A stretch of DNA of 64,000 nt from a virus (IMGVR_UViG_3300010163_000001:64001-128000); one strand, 5' to 3'; shown: positions 8,801-19,180, numbered from the stretch's first letter. Notes: generated by a model from the letters alone, not told the origin. Translations and numbers: made by a program.

Positions 8801-11602
8801 TTAATATAAATGTAATACACGTTCGTTAATTTCTTTTGTCTTTCCTTCGTTCCATCCTGCTTCAAGTGTTCCAAGATAACCACAAGTTCTACGAACTACA
8901 ATTAACTTATGAATATCCGTACATCCACATTTTGGACATTGCCATACGCCTTCGTCATTGGTTTTTATTTCTCCATCAAATCCACATTCACTACAATAAT
9001 CAGATCGTGTATTAAACTCTCCATATCTCACATTATCATAAATGAATTTGATAAGTTCTTCTACTGCTTCCACATTGTTATTTAAATTTGGAATCTCTAC
9101 ATAGGAAATACATCCGCCAGAAGAAATATTCTGATAAACGGATTCCAATCCCAATTTAGAAAAAGCATCAATTGGTTCTGTAGGTGTCACATGATACGAA
9201 TTTGTCAGCCAGCCTTTATCTGTAATTCCTTCTACATCTCCGTATACCTTCTTAATCTTTTCACAAAGACTATAACATACAGATTCTGCTGGAGTTCCAT
9301 ATAAACTAAACCCAATATCGGTAGATGCTTTCCAATTATCAGTTGCAGCTCTTAATGCATTCATGACCTTTAATGAAAATTCCCTTCCATATCCTTCTGT
9401 ATGGGATTCTCCTGTGATATATTTCACACACTCATATAAACCGATATATCCAAGTGAAATAGAAGAATAATTTCCATGTAATAATGGATCAATTACTTCA
9501 CCAGGTTTCAATCTAGAAATTGCACCGTCTTGCCAATGTATTGGACTAACATCTGATTTAACACCTTCTAACGCTTTATGTCTACACATTAATGCATCGA
9601 AGCATATTGCCAACCTGTCATTTAATAAAGACCAGAATGTATCTTCATCTCCTTTTGCATCAAGTGCAAGCATGGGTAAGTTTAAAGTGACAACACCTTG
9701 ATTAAACCGTCCTTCCCATTTATATTTACCATTTTCATCTTTCCATGGTCCTAAGAAAGATCTACAATTATGGGAATAAATATTATTTACTTCAAAGTGT
9801 TCTGATTCTGTAGTTACATCATATGACCAATCCGCTAAAGTAAACTTCTCTACAGAGTCAACTTCTGTTTCTGTCAATGTATTCAAAGCAACTTCTTGGT
9901 GGAATTCCTCTGTTAATACAGACTTATGCTCCTCATTGTATCTGTCTATTATTTCACTATGCGCACGAAGTCCATGCTCCATATCAAACGTAGTAATAAT
10001 ATCACCATCAGGTTTCAAATTAATAGCTTGCACTTCACCTCTATTTTCTGTATCAAATGGATGATCGTAAGTGCATTTTAAACTCAATCCATTTTTCATA
10101 GTTACTTTTACCCAATCAGTAGCTTTATTTTTAATAATTCTTTGTAATTTTACGTAACCTTTCTTTGTATCCCATACTTTGAAATTTTCTTTTTCATCAG
10201 TAATGTCCATATATAAATAATCTCGATTTCCAGGAATTTGTTCTTTTACTTCATATTTTCTAGCAAGCCTCTTCCATATATTAGAAAAGGTATCTTTTCC
10301 ATAAATGGAAGTATCTTCTTCATCAACAAAAGAATACATAATTGATGAATCACCGGATACACATCCCATACAGCCAAATACTTCGCCATCATACTGCTCT
10401 TTCATGATCTTTTCACTGATGTAATCAGGATACATGCGTTTCGCAGAACATTTTGCGGCAAGATGAGTAAGATAATCATATTTTCCACCCTTTAAGCAAT
10501 TACTTTCTGTTAATACATATACTAATTTTGGAAATGGTGGTGTGGTATAAATGCCATCTTTGTTTTTTAATCCTTCTAAACGTTGTCTAAGAATTTCTTC
10601 TATAATCATTGCATTTTCTTCAATGTACGGATCATCATCCCTCAAGTACATAAAAATTGTTACAAAGGGTGACTGTCCATTCGTCGTCATTAGACTATTT
10701 ATCTGATATTGAATACATTGAATACCAGCTTTCAATTCAATTTGTAATTCCTCTTTTACAAGAGAACTTATTAATTCTTCTAATTCATCAGCCTTTTCCT
10801 GAGGCATATCTTCGTGTCCATACCATTTATATACAGTATCACGAATGCGTTTCTCAAATTTCTCTTTTGTATATGCTAAATATTCTCCTAACACATCCGA
10901 ATAGAATGTTTGTCCACCATACTGATTACTAGCAATATCAGCCATACTTTGAGTTATTACATTACAAGCAACCCTAAATGATTTTGGCTTTTCAATTGCA
11001 ACGCCATGAACCAATGTCCCATTATGAAGCATATCTCTAAAGTTTGGAAGGCAACAATTGAACTCGGGCATCATAAAATAATCCATATCATGAAAATGTA
11101 TAGTCCCTCTATCATGAGCTTCCACAATATTCCTTGGTAATAAGATCCTAGCTGCTAAGTCTTTACTAACCTCTCCAGCTATCAAATCTCTTTTTGTAGA
11201 GTTTATCGTTGACTTTTTATTCGAGTTTTCTCTTGCAACCAATTCATTTTCATCCTTTAAAAGGGACATAATAGACTCATCCGTAGAATTCGATTTACGG
11301 ATAAGATTTCTTTTATAACGGTACGTAATATATCTACGAGCAACATCAAATTTATTTAAGAACATAAGTTGATCTTCAATTAAATTCTGAATAGATTTTA
11401 CATCAGATACAGGTTCTCCTGATTCTGAAACAAATTGTGCAATAGATTCAATTTGATTATTTGATAAATAGGATTTTTCATCCTTTTTAAATAATTTCGT
11501 TTCTTCATTTGCTTTTTCTATAGCAACAATAATTTTACTAATGTTAAATGGAACTACTGTCTTACCATCCCGTTTTATTACTGATTTAATCATTAAATCC
11601 AT
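8801..11602 (-). CDS. nrdD: Anaerobic (class III) ribonucleoside-triphosphate reductase with ATP cone, intein-containing
   Basis: ATP cone VIKRDG; HFHD, NCCL, QYGGQ, MG|CRSFL, TPAES, TNSYH, CxxC...CPxCG, glycyl-radical motif RRTCGYLG. Confidence 0.97.
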   Translation of the reverse strand: MDLMIKSVIKRDGKTVVPFNISKIIVAIEKANEETKLFKKDEKSYLSNNQIESIAQFVSESGEPVSDVKSIQNLIEDQLMFLNKFDVARRYITYRYKRNLIRKSNSTDESIMSLLKDENELVARENSNKKSTINSTKRDLIAGEVSKDLAARILLPRNIVEAHDRGTIHFHDMDYFMMPEFNCCLPNFRDMLHNGTLVHGVAIEKPKSFRVACNVITQSMADIASNQYGGQTFYSDVLGEYLAYTKEKFEKRIRDTVYKWYGHEDMPQEKADELEELISSLVKEELQIELKAGIQCIQYQINSLMTTNGQSPFVTIFMYLRDDDPYIEENAMIIEEILRQRLEGLKNKDGIYTTPPFPKLVYVLTESNCLKGGKYDYLTHLAAKCSAKRMYPDYISEKIMKEQYDGEVFGCMGCVSGDSSIMYSFVDEEDTSIYGKDTFSNIWKRLARKYEVKEQIPGNRDYLYMDITDEKENFKVWDTKKGYVKLQRIIKNKATDWVKVTMKNGLSLKCTYDHPFDTENRGEVQAINLKPDGDIITTFDMEHGLRAHSEIIDRYNEEHKSVLTEEFHQEVALNTLTETEVDSVEKFTLADWSYDVTTESEHFEVNNIYSHNCRSFLGPWKDENGKYKWEGRFNQGVVTLNLPMLALDAKGDEDTFWSLLNDRLAICFDALMCRHKALEGVKSDVSPIHWQDGAISRLKPGEVIDPLLHGNYSSISLGYIGLYECVKYITGESHTEGYGREFSLKVMNALRAATDNWKASTDIGFSLYGTPAESVCYSLCEKIKKVYGDVEGITDKGWLTNSYHVTPTEPIDAFSKLGLESVYQNISSGGCISYVEIPNLNNNVEAVEELIKFIYDNVRYGEFNTRSDYCSECGFDGEIKTNDEGVWQCPKCGCTDIHKLIVVRRTCGYLGTLEAGWNEGKTKEINERVLHLY
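9767..10363 (-). mobile_element. Mini-intein (199 aa) in NrdD
   Basis: Begins CVSGDS after GCMG; block B CTYDHPF; ends YDVTTESEHFEVNNIYSHN before +1 Cys (CRSFL); too short for a LAGLIDADG domain. Confidence 0.92.
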
Positions 11603-11761
11603 TCCTTTCTTTTTTATATTTATAAAATTGTAAAAATGAATATACTTTTTACACTCATTTTTACAATTAACTCTGAAAATATCAGAGTTAAAGTCTTTTT
11701 ATCAGTATCCCCCTTTCTACTTAAAATAATATAGAAATCCTTATATTTTTACACTTAAGAC

Positions 11762-11803
11762 AAAAAAAGAAAGGCTCCCATAAAAAGGAGCCTTTCTTTT
11801 TTT
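11762..11803. terminator. Bidirectional intrinsic terminator
   Basis: AAAAAAAGAAAGGCTCC-CATAAAAA-GGAGCCTTTCTTTTTTT. Confidence 0.8.
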
Positions 11804-11819
11804 GTAATCACGATCACTT

Positions 11820-12017
11820 TTAGTCTGTGATCGTGATTACTTCTTTTTCAGCCGGTATTGTATCCAGTATCATGATGGTCATCGGTTCAATCGGCTTTCT
11901 GTCGTCGTCGTCGCCGCCGAGCTCTGAAAACTTACTGACGTTTGCTGTCTCGATAAGTTTCTTCAGCAGCATCTTTTCGAATTTCCTTTTCAAAAAATAA
12001 CTTTTAATTTTAGCCAT
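11820..12017 (-). CDS. Small orphan protein in conserved expression cassette 1
   Basis: Preceded by the shared leader, followed by a terminator. Confidence 0.75.
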   Translation of the reverse strand: MAKIKSYFLKRKFEKMLLKKLIETANVSKFSELGGDDDDRKPIEPMTIMILDTIPAEKEVITITD

Positions 12018-12094
12018 AATATTTATCCTCCTTATGTTTTATTTTTCTTATAGCTATTAAAATAATATGTATATAAATAAGGGGAGAAAAACGG
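12018..12094 (-). promoter_or_regulatory. Conserved promoter/leader module, copy 1
   Basis: CCGTTTTTCTCC...ATATTATTTTAATAGCTATAAGAAAAATAAAACATAAGGAGGATAA; near-identical copies at 25855, 39259 and 49268. Confidence 0.85.
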
Positions 12095-12128
12095 TATATG
12101 AATAAAATTCATATACCGTTTATTTATA

Positions 12129-13838
12129 TTAATCAAGTACTTCGTCAGATTCCCCAAACGAAGGAATAGTTGGATCAGGAGTTACTGGCGTATCTGTTCC
12201 TGTTTCTTCATCTTTTTTCTCTTCCCCTGTTTCGGGATGACTAATTGGATCATCTTCCTTTGGTTGATCTGACCCTGGATCCGTTGTTGTAGGTGTATCT
12301 GGGTCTGTTTCTTCTTCATCATCCTCTTCCGAAACATATTTTTCGAGATTCTGTACCTTACCATTAATTTTAACAACCGGGAGGTTATTCTTATTAAAGA
12401 GCAAATATTTTCCACCACTTGAGTACAAATAGAACAATTGAAGATTGTCTTTATGAATGGTTTTATCAATATTGATAACCGCATTACTCCAACTTGTTGT
12501 ATATTCTGCAGGTTGAATAAGAAGAATTCCCGCATACTCCTCATCTGTATCTGTAGCATTATAGGTATTTCCAACAATATTAAGAATATATTGAGGATTA
12601 TAACCGGTTCCTAACCGAATTGCATTTTTCGAAACTTCCCAAATATTATTCTTAATATCAATTGTAGCCCCTTCCGCTACATTATAAATGTTAATATGAT
12701 TATGAGAGCAACTATTTTCTGAGAAATAATTGTTATTAAAGAAACTACCGTCTTTTAATCTGCAACGTAACTGGAATAGATTATAGATATCTCTTCCACC
12801 CGGATTTCCAAAATAGCAACCGGAAACTTGAACTAACATTGGATCAGAACTTTCTGTTCTTATACCAAAGACTTCTTTCCTATTAAGATCTTCATTTGGT
12901 GTAATACCAGAAAAGATGCAATTCTTAATTATAACAGAATTTGCTTTTCCCAATTCTAAAATTGCGTCCTTTGTAAGTACTAAACCATCCAATACAACAT
13001 CCACATTCCCATTTATTGTAATCTTTCCAGAAAGTACAGTTTCATTCGCAAATTTAATTTTGTCTCTAGTTGTCTTTGATGCTGAAAGACCAGCCTTATT
13101 TCCCATAAGTGTTACAGATTTAGAGAGTGTAAGTTCCTCTGTAAACTCACCAATTCCAAGCTGTAAAGTATCTTCAATACTTGTTAATGCATCATTAATA
13201 GAGTCATATGGCGTAACAGGTGAAATAGCTTCACCAATAGATTTGACCAAATTCACATTGATACTTTTTATTTTTCCGTCTACATTAAATTTTAAAGATT
13301 CAGGCATAAGTTTCTTATTATACGTAATGGCGACTAACCTTCCAGATAAATATGCTTCGTCTCCCTTTGAAAGATACTCTAAATCTTTCACATATTGCCC
13401 TTCTTCTAAGCTGAACGTATTCACTGTATTATCGGACAGAAGAACTTCATCATCAAAACCATATGCTAACCAAGTTTTGATTCGGTCAACATTTTCAATT
13501 CCTTCATCTTCAAGAATTTCTTTCACTGGAATATTTTGAAGGTTGGAATTGAATTCTTTTGATGCATCAATAACAATTATTTCAGGTGTTACGTCGAATT
13601 CAAAGTAAGAACGTAACTTACTAGCATTTGTATAAAAACGCTTTACTGTATTTATTTTTGGTATAATATTTGCTACCCGCCCAGTAATCTTTTCAATCTG
13701 TTTATCACAAACATACCGAAAATCCGTTACTTTGTCATTCACAGTGAATGTTTTCATTGTATCGGTTCCATCTTCAAAAATGACTTTTATAAATAAAGTC
13801 AGAAATGGGGTAATTGTATTATTTACAATCCTGGACAT
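12129..13838 (-). CDS. Right-handed beta-helix (pectin-lyase-like) domain protein with acidic Pro/Thr-rich tail
   Basis: YDSINDAL...LGIGEFTEELTLSKSVTLMG cap motif followed by Asn/Gly-rich beta-helix rungs. Confidence 0.6.
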   Translation of the reverse strand: MSRIVNNTITPFLTLFIKVIFEDGTDTMKTFTVNDKVTDFRYVCDKQIEKITGRVANIIPKINTVKRFYTNASKLRSYFEFDVTPEIIVIDASKEFNSNLQNIPVKEILEDEGIENVDRIKTWLAYGFDDEVLLSDNTVNTFSLEEGQYVKDLEYLSKGDEAYLSGRLVAITYNKKLMPESLKFNVDGKIKSINVNLVKSIGEAISPVTPYDSINDALTSIEDTLQLGIGEFTEELTLSKSVTLMGNKAGLSASKTTRDKIKFANETVLSGKITINGNVDVVLDGLVLTKDAILELGKANSVIIKNCIFSGITPNEDLNRKEVFGIRTESSDPMLVQVSGCYFGNPGGRDIYNLFQLRCRLKDGSFFNNNYFSENSCSHNHINIYNVAEGATIDIKNNIWEVSKNAIRLGTGYNPQYILNIVGNTYNATDTDEEYAGILLIQPAEYTTSWSNAVINIDKTIHKDNLQLFYLYSSGGKYLLFNKNNLPVVKINGKVQNLEKYVSEEDDEEETDPDTPTTTDPGSDQPKEDDPISHPETGEEKKDEETGTDTPVTPDPTIPSFGESDEVLD

Positions 13839-13940
13839 ATAAATTCCTCCTTTACGCTATTATTTTACCAAGATGTTCTGAATATATTCAATCAATTTCG
13901 TAAACTATTAATAAAAATATAATCAAAATATTTAAAAAAC

Positions 13941-13980
13941 AAAAAAAGAAAGTATGCTTTTTTAACATACTTTCTTTTTT
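13941..13980. terminator. Bidirectional intrinsic terminator closing the small pentamer array
   Basis: AAAAAAAGAAAGTATG-loop-CATACTTTCTTTTTT. Confidence 0.8.
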
Positions 13981-13981
13981 A

Positions 13982-14108
13982 CATCTCTGCACTAGACGAA
14001 ACACACTTAACTTTACTTCACAGAACCATAACAAACCATACTCCGCATAACCTTACCCATCCTCTTCTATACATTACTTTACTTCACAGAACCACAGCAT
14101 AGCTGTTC
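13982..14108 (-). repeat. Small pentamer-phased (GNNNN)n array, about 4 units; candidate ncRNA
   Basis: + strand C every 5 nt with CC shifts at 14092/3, 14061/2 and 14026/7; 19-bp direct repeat at 14010-14028 and 14076-14094. Confidence 0.8.
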
Positions 14109-14122
14109 TATTTGTCTAATGA

Positions 14123-14662
14123 CTATGCAAAAATTTCATCCGCTCTTCTTGCCATGTCTTCAAAGGAAATCGAACCATTATACAATTTTCGACGACTCCT
14201 CTTGTTGTATATTACAACATTTGACACAACATTTTCTCCTTCAATACATTCTATATCAATTGGCTCTTGATTTTTAAGCTTACTGATAAATTCCGGAATC
14301 GTATTTGCTATACTTAATAAAGATGTCATGATATACCCTTCTAGAGTATCATCGTCATCCATGTCAATGACATCCTGCATTCCCATAACTTCCAAGCTAG
14401 TAACCTTCCCACCTGTTGTGTGGAAGATAATTGCTTCATGCAGCAAACCGAGCATTGCTATTTTCCGGTATTCATCTTTCCCGGCGCTGTCTATCAGTGC
14501 AGATGCCAATTGCTCAGGTGTAAAGGAGCCATTTAATCTCGGATCGCCGTCGAATTGCATTTCAGTAAGTGCCATCATTTGTTCTGTGATAATGGCAATT
14601 GCCATCGTAACTTTTAGTTCTCCCCATGCGTCCTTAAATTGATCAATAATATTGTTTTTCAT
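14123..14662 (-). CDS. Hypothetical protein, 179 aa
   Basis: GGAGG RBS; own TATATTATTTT motif at 14707-14718. Confidence 0.8.
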   Translation of the reverse strand: MKNNIIDQFKDAWGELKVTMAIAIITEQMMALTEMQFDGDPRLNGSFTPEQLASALIDSAGKDEYRKIAMLGLLHEAIIFHTTGGKVTSLEVMGMQDVIDMDDDDTLEGYIMTSLLSIANTIPEFISKLKNQEPIDIECIEGENVVSNVVIYNKRSRRKLYNGSISFEDMARRADEIFA

Positions 14663-14746
14663 TATAATTCCTCCGTTTCTTAAAATTGATTTAGTTTCTT
14701 TACCTAAAAATAATATATGTGTAATTCTCGAGTAATTTCAATGAAA

Positions 14747-14983
14747 TTACTCTATTTTAATACCTTTATCGTCGAGATAAAACTCTGTTCCTCGAAGTAG
14801 AATGTCACATCCGGGGACATGCATACTGTTAACACTTCCAAATCCTTTTACTTTCATTTCATCAAAGATGTGAGGTACATGATCAATATTTATATAATTT
14901 TCATATACGTCACCGATACTAGTCAACATTATGGAGATTGCATCGGTCTTTGCAACCTTCTTTCTAAGCTTCTTAAACTTCAA
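14747..14983 (-). CDS. Hypothetical protein
   Basis: AAAGGAG RBS, TTG start. Confidence 0.7.
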   Translation of the reverse strand: MKFKKLRKKVAKTDAISIMLTSIGDVYENYINIDHVPHIFDEMKVKGFGSVNSMHVPGCDILLRGTEFYLDDKGIKIE

Positions 14984-14999
14984 TAAGATTATCTCCTTT

Positions 15000-15383
15000 C
15001 TAACTTGTAATTCCCTTAATCCAAGTTCCCATCATATCTGCTAATGCGCTAACTTGCGGTAGATAATCGGGTCTCTGAACACTAAATTCTACTGATATAT
15101 CTTTAGATGGATTCGGATTTACTCTCTCATCAGGTTTCATCTTCATATCTTTTGGTTCCGGATTAATAGGAGAAGACATTTTGGTTGGATAACATCCTGT
15201 GAATACTTTGATACTTTGAGGATGTTTTAAATCCATTCTCTTGGAATCAATAATGTGAATGATATCTCGACCATCCCCTTTTGTATATTTGGATGCAACC
15301 CTCATAATCAATTTTCTACGAAATCCGTAATAGGTTCTACAACCAAGACGACGTTGTATTTTCTTCTTTATCCGCTTATTCAT
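15000..15383 (-). CDS. Hypothetical basic protein (MNKRIKKK)
   Basis: ORF in operon with RBS. Confidence 0.75.
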   Translation of the reverse strand: MNKRIKKKIQRRLGCRTYYGFRRKLIMRVASKYTKGDGRDIIHIIDSKRMDLKHPQSIKVFTGCYPTKMSSPINPEPKDMKMKPDERVNPNPSKDISVEFSVQRPDYLPQVSALADMMGTWIKGITS

Positions 15384-15401
15384 AAGTATTTTCCTTTCTT
15401 G

Positions 15402-15881
15402 TTACAGCCACCCATTATCAATATAGTCAAAAAGATCTTGATCAATTAATGGAGAATTTTCATTTCTAAGTTCTTTTAAATAATTATAAACATCATAGTT
15501 GTATCTAAATGCCCAAAGAATTAAATTGTATTCATCAACTCTCGAATCTGCACCTTTTTCAATTAATGATTTAATGACATCTAAATTTATAACTTGTGGT
15601 TCTCCTAAAATAACCTTTGTAGCATACCATCCATGAATTTCAGGACCATCTTGTATCATGGATTCCGGACAATAAATCGGGGTTTCACCTTCTGGCAATG
15701 TTACAGTACAGATAATTGGACCATAATGAAGGTATGCAAAAATATGCTTTATGTCTGTGAAATAGCATACCATCTGATCTCCGTCTTCGGTTTTAACTTG
15801 ACTAAGATCATTAAAACCCGTCTTATACTTATATCCACATCTAGAACAACTGGCGCTAAGAACTTTGTAATACTTTTCCAT
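15402..15881 (-). CDS. Hypothetical protein with one C-terminal ankyrin-like repeat
   Basis: DVIKSLIEKGAD...LILWAFRYNYDVYNYL. Confidence 0.5.
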   Translation of the reverse strand: MEKYYKVLSASCSRCGYKYKTGFNDLSQVKTEDGDQMVCYFTDIKHIFAYLHYGPIICTVTLPEGETPIYCPESMIQDGPEIHGWYATKVILGEPQVINLDVIKSLIEKGADSRVDEYNLILWAFRYNYDVYNYLKELRNENSPLIDQDLFDYIDNGWL

Positions 15882-15936
15882 TTCTATTCTCCTTTCTTTA
15901 GAATTAGTTTGATTATTTTTGAGACAGCAAAAACAC

Positions 15937-16155
15937 TTAAAAATTTTTTTTGATAATACTCAAAAGGACATGACTAATGAAGTATTCGATTAATATTAAA
16001 CCAAACACAAATAGCGTATTAAGTAATACTTTTATTATGGAATGACACTGTAGGGAACTAATGAATGGAATCATGATATATAAAAGAGTTCCACCAACTA
16101 TTCCAATTAATAAAATAGATAAAACTGATAACACAGTATAAATTGTTTGCTTCAT
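15937..16155 (-). CDS. Small two-TM membrane protein
   Basis: Two hydrophobic segments. Confidence 0.65.
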   Translation of the reverse strand: MKQTIYTVLSVLSILLIGIVGGTLLYIMIPFISSLQCHSIIKVLLNTLFVFGLILIEYFISHVLLSIIKKNF

Positions 16156-16490
16156 TAATCATCGTTCCTTTCATAATTATCGTTTATGAAATCTTCCCAG
16201 CTATTGTAAAGTAATAATACCTCTGTATCACCGTTATCAAATTGTGAAAAGACATATTTATCCGTCACAATTAACAGAGTATGGATACAGTTACATCCTT
16301 CAGGAATTGGTTGAACACATTCATGATCATACCTTAAATGTAATAACTCAAAATCCTTATTTAATACTACTAATGGGTCAGTATCCTTCCAGAGGCAAAT
16401 TAGAGATGCTTCTTTTCCTTCATAATTTGCAATCTTCTTTATCTTTGCGTCTATCTTTGCTACTAGGTCTTTTGTTGCTTCCATATACAT
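16155..16490 (-). CDS. Hypothetical protein
   Basis: AAAGGAG RBS; coupled to the next gene. Confidence 0.7.
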   Translation of the reverse strand: MYMEATKDLVAKIDAKIKKIANYEGKEASLICLWKDTDPLVVLNKDFELLHLRYDHECVQPIPEGCNCIHTLLIVTDKYVFSQFDNGDTEVLLLYNSWEDFINDNYERNDD

Positions 16491-16525
16491 ATCTCCTTTC
16501 TAATGGAAAATTTGTGATACATGTA

Positions 16526-19180
16526 TTATACATGTATCACATTTTTATAAGTGTCTTGATTCACTACTTCATCCGTTGTCATAATAACTTGAACTGGATA
16601 ACCTGTGAATACATTTTCATCGTGAGTAATAAGAAAGCTTTGCTCACTATGAATATCATCTAGATATTTAAATAATATAGCAATGAATTTCTGCTTTTCG
16701 TTTTTATGAAGGGGAGCATCCATTTCATCCAATAAAGGAATATTATATTGGAGAGATCCTGTCTTCTGTACCAATGCAAAAGACATGACAGTTGATACAA
16801 TACTGGTTTGTCCCTGTGATGCTTTACTAATATCATCAATCTTCTGTCCATTGATCATATATGGAATTTTAAATTCATTTTCTGTAATGTCAAACTCTAA
16901 AATTTCTATGTTATCTTCACATACAAAGTATAGCATGTCATTGATAATATCTTTGCATGATTCTAAAAATAATTGTACCATTACTAATGGAATTCCTTTT
17001 TTGGAGCTAACGGCATCTACCATATAACTCATCCATTTTTGTTCTTGAAGTACTCTATTTAGTTCTTCTGAAGTATATTTCATATCGTTTATCTTTGTCT
17101 TTGTTGCATCAATTTCTTCTGATAATTTTGATAACTTTTCTTTTGATAGAAGTAAATCTCTTTCCATAGAAGTAATAACTACAAAGTTATCTTCTATCTT
17201 CTTTTTATTGTCCAAGTAGTCAACCAATTCTTTCTCAGCAATATTCAATTTACTAATAATTTCTTGATGCCTCATTTCATGAGTTGATTTATCAGAAAGA
17301 ATCACATAGATATCATTGTACGATTTTAGTTGAGTAGTTGCGTCGTTTCTTTTCTTCTCCAATTCTTCAATTTCTTCTTCTAAGTTTTTCTTTTCTATTT
17401 CTAATGATGCTATAATATCTTCAATAGAGTTATCTTGGTTCATCTCTAATTCATTTAATTCTGACTTTATATCTTTTAATGTTTCTAATAAAGATGCATG
17501 TTTATCTTTTTTCTCTATCATGTCAATCGTATCTACAATTTTGTCATAATTATACCATGCTTCATATCTACCAGTGGTAACAATCTGTAATAAATTATCG
17601 CACCTCAATGCACCAATTGTCTTTAGAATTGGTCTCATCTTATTCCAATAACCTTTTAATGTAGTTAACTTAGAATAGATAAGTGAATAGTCTGAGTATT
17701 TATATATCTCCACATCAATATCTTGAATTTCAGTCTGATAACCTATAATTTCTTCATCTGCAGAACTGTTTTTTCCAATCTTTTTTTGCACAATAGATGG
17801 ATGTGTTGCATAAAATGGACAGCTCTTTGTAGGACAGAATGGAGGGAGATATAATTTTCCTAATGGTTCATAAGTTTCTGAGAATCTTAAATTATTTATC
17901 ATCTTCTGTAACTTTAATTTTCGATATTCTAATATTTCAATCTGTTTCTTTGCATATGTAATTGCAGAAGAATCAGAATTATATAATTTTTTAACGATAT
18001 CTGAATCATAATGAAGAAGTTCATCAATTAACATATTTACAAGGTTCAAATCTTCCATAAAACCTGTTAAAAATGCAGACGAATAGGAACATTTAAATCC
18101 TCTTAGTTCATTCCTATATTTCTCCTCTTGTAAAATCAGATCGTTATAAGTTTTCTTTAAACTAATCATATGATCTTTGTTGCACGAAATAGCTTGGACG
18201 CTTCTCTTATTATTCAATTCTTTAGATATTTCATCATGTCTCTTTTCTAAAGTGTTTATTTTTTCAGAATAAGAAGATATTAAAGAGTCATACTTTCCAA
18301 TATCCCTACTTACTTCTGTAATTGATGGGTATTCTTCAAATGTTTTTAACAGCTCATCTAGTTCATCCTTTGTATGCTTCATTAATTCAATATCGTTTTG
18401 TAGTATATTTCCTTTTTCCAAGAAATCTTTCCGAGATAGATTTCCTGCAAGTGTCTTATTTTCTGCTTCTAATGCAAATTTCTTCTGAGTCAATTCTTCA
18501 ATAACGTGATTTAATAAATTATAAGCTTCTTCTAGTTCTTCTAAATCTTCTTCATATTCATCAATCGGTTTCTTACCATATACATTTAACCGATTCATTA
18601 ATACAGATGCAGAAGTATTAAGATTTCTTAATTCTTGAGACCAATGTTTATGAAGAAGTAAGTAAAACTCAGTTTCTGATAATAATGATGCAATATATGC
18701 TTTTCGTTCTGTTGCTTTCATATCAATAAAGTTAATTACATTTGGTCCTAATCGGATGAGTCTTAAAAATGATGGATTAATTCCAAATTCTAATTCGATA
18801 ATTTCTTCAAAGGTGTTTCTATTTCCATTCGGATTTAATTCTATACCATCTTTTTCTACATAAGACTTTTTCGAATGGGTAGTTCCAGTCCATGTGTACT
18901 TATGAGTTATAACATATTCATGACCCATATGACTATACACAATAACTTTTAACCCATCTTTCTCTTTTATAATTGGATCATCATTATTCCGGACGTCTAA
19001 TGTTCCAACTGTAGAAAACGGTTGTAAATGAGATAAGATATATGTTTTTCCACTTCCAATCTTACCAATAAACACATTAATACGTTCTCTTGAATCTCTT
19101 AAATTAATATGAATCCGCTCTTTTCCTGTCCCGGCTAATATAGGAGCGAAATTTTCTAAGATTAGTTCCTCTATTCTCAT
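16526..19180 (-). CDS. sbcC: SbcC/Rad50-like SMC-family ATPase
   Basis: Walker A GKIGSGKT, long coiled coils with central CPTKSC hook, signature ASQGQ, Walker B LLDEMD, ITH. Confidence 0.92.
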   Translation of the reverse strand: MRIEELILENFAPILAGTGKERIHINLRDSRERINVFIGKIGSGKTYILSHLQPFSTVGTLDVRNNDDPIIKEKDGLKVIVYSHMGHEYVITHKYTWTGTTHSKKSYVEKDGIELNPNGNRNTFEEIIELEFGINPSFLRLIRLGPNVINFIDMKATERKAYIASLLSETEFYLLLHKHWSQELRNLNTSASVLMNRLNVYGKKPIDEYEEDLEELEEAYNLLNHVIEELTQKKFALEAENKTLAGNLSRKDFLEKGNILQNDIELMKHTKDELDELLKTFEEYPSITEVSRDIGKYDSLISSYSEKINTLEKRHDEISKELNNKRSVQAISCNKDHMISLKKTYNDLILQEEKYRNELRGFKCSYSSAFLTGFMEDLNLVNMLIDELLHYDSDIVKKLYNSDSSAITYAKKQIEILEYRKLKLQKMINNLRFSETYEPLGKLYLPPFCPTKSCPFYATHPSIVQKKIGKNSSADEEIIGYQTEIQDIDVEIYKYSDYSLIYSKLTTLKGYWNKMRPILKTIGALRCDNLLQIVTTGRYEAWYNYDKIVDTIDMIEKKDKHASLLETLKDIKSELNELEMNQDNSIEDIIASLEIEKKNLEEEIEELEKKRNDATTQLKSYNDIYVILSDKSTHEMRHQEIISKLNIAEKELVDYLDNKKKIEDNFVVITSMERDLLLSKEKLSKLSEEIDATKTKINDMKYTSEELNRVLQEQKWMSYMVDAVSSKKGIPLVMVQLFLESCKDIINDMLYFVCEDNIEILEFDITENEFKIPYMINGQKIDDISKASQGQTSIVSTVMSFALVQKTGSLQYNIPLLDEMDAPLHKNEKQKFIAILFKYLDDIHSEQSFLITHDENVFTGYPVQVIMTTDEVVNQDTYKNVIHV

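Noticed and set aside
9767-10363. Homing endonuclease inside the intein
   Set aside because: Only 199 aa, with no LAGLIDADG or HNH motifs.
12182-13539. Overlapping or antisense track ORFs (e.g. 12182-12577, 12916-13539; likewise 1147-1491, 36971-37441, 55792-56340)
   Set aside because: Shadows of well-supported genes; no RBS or motifs.
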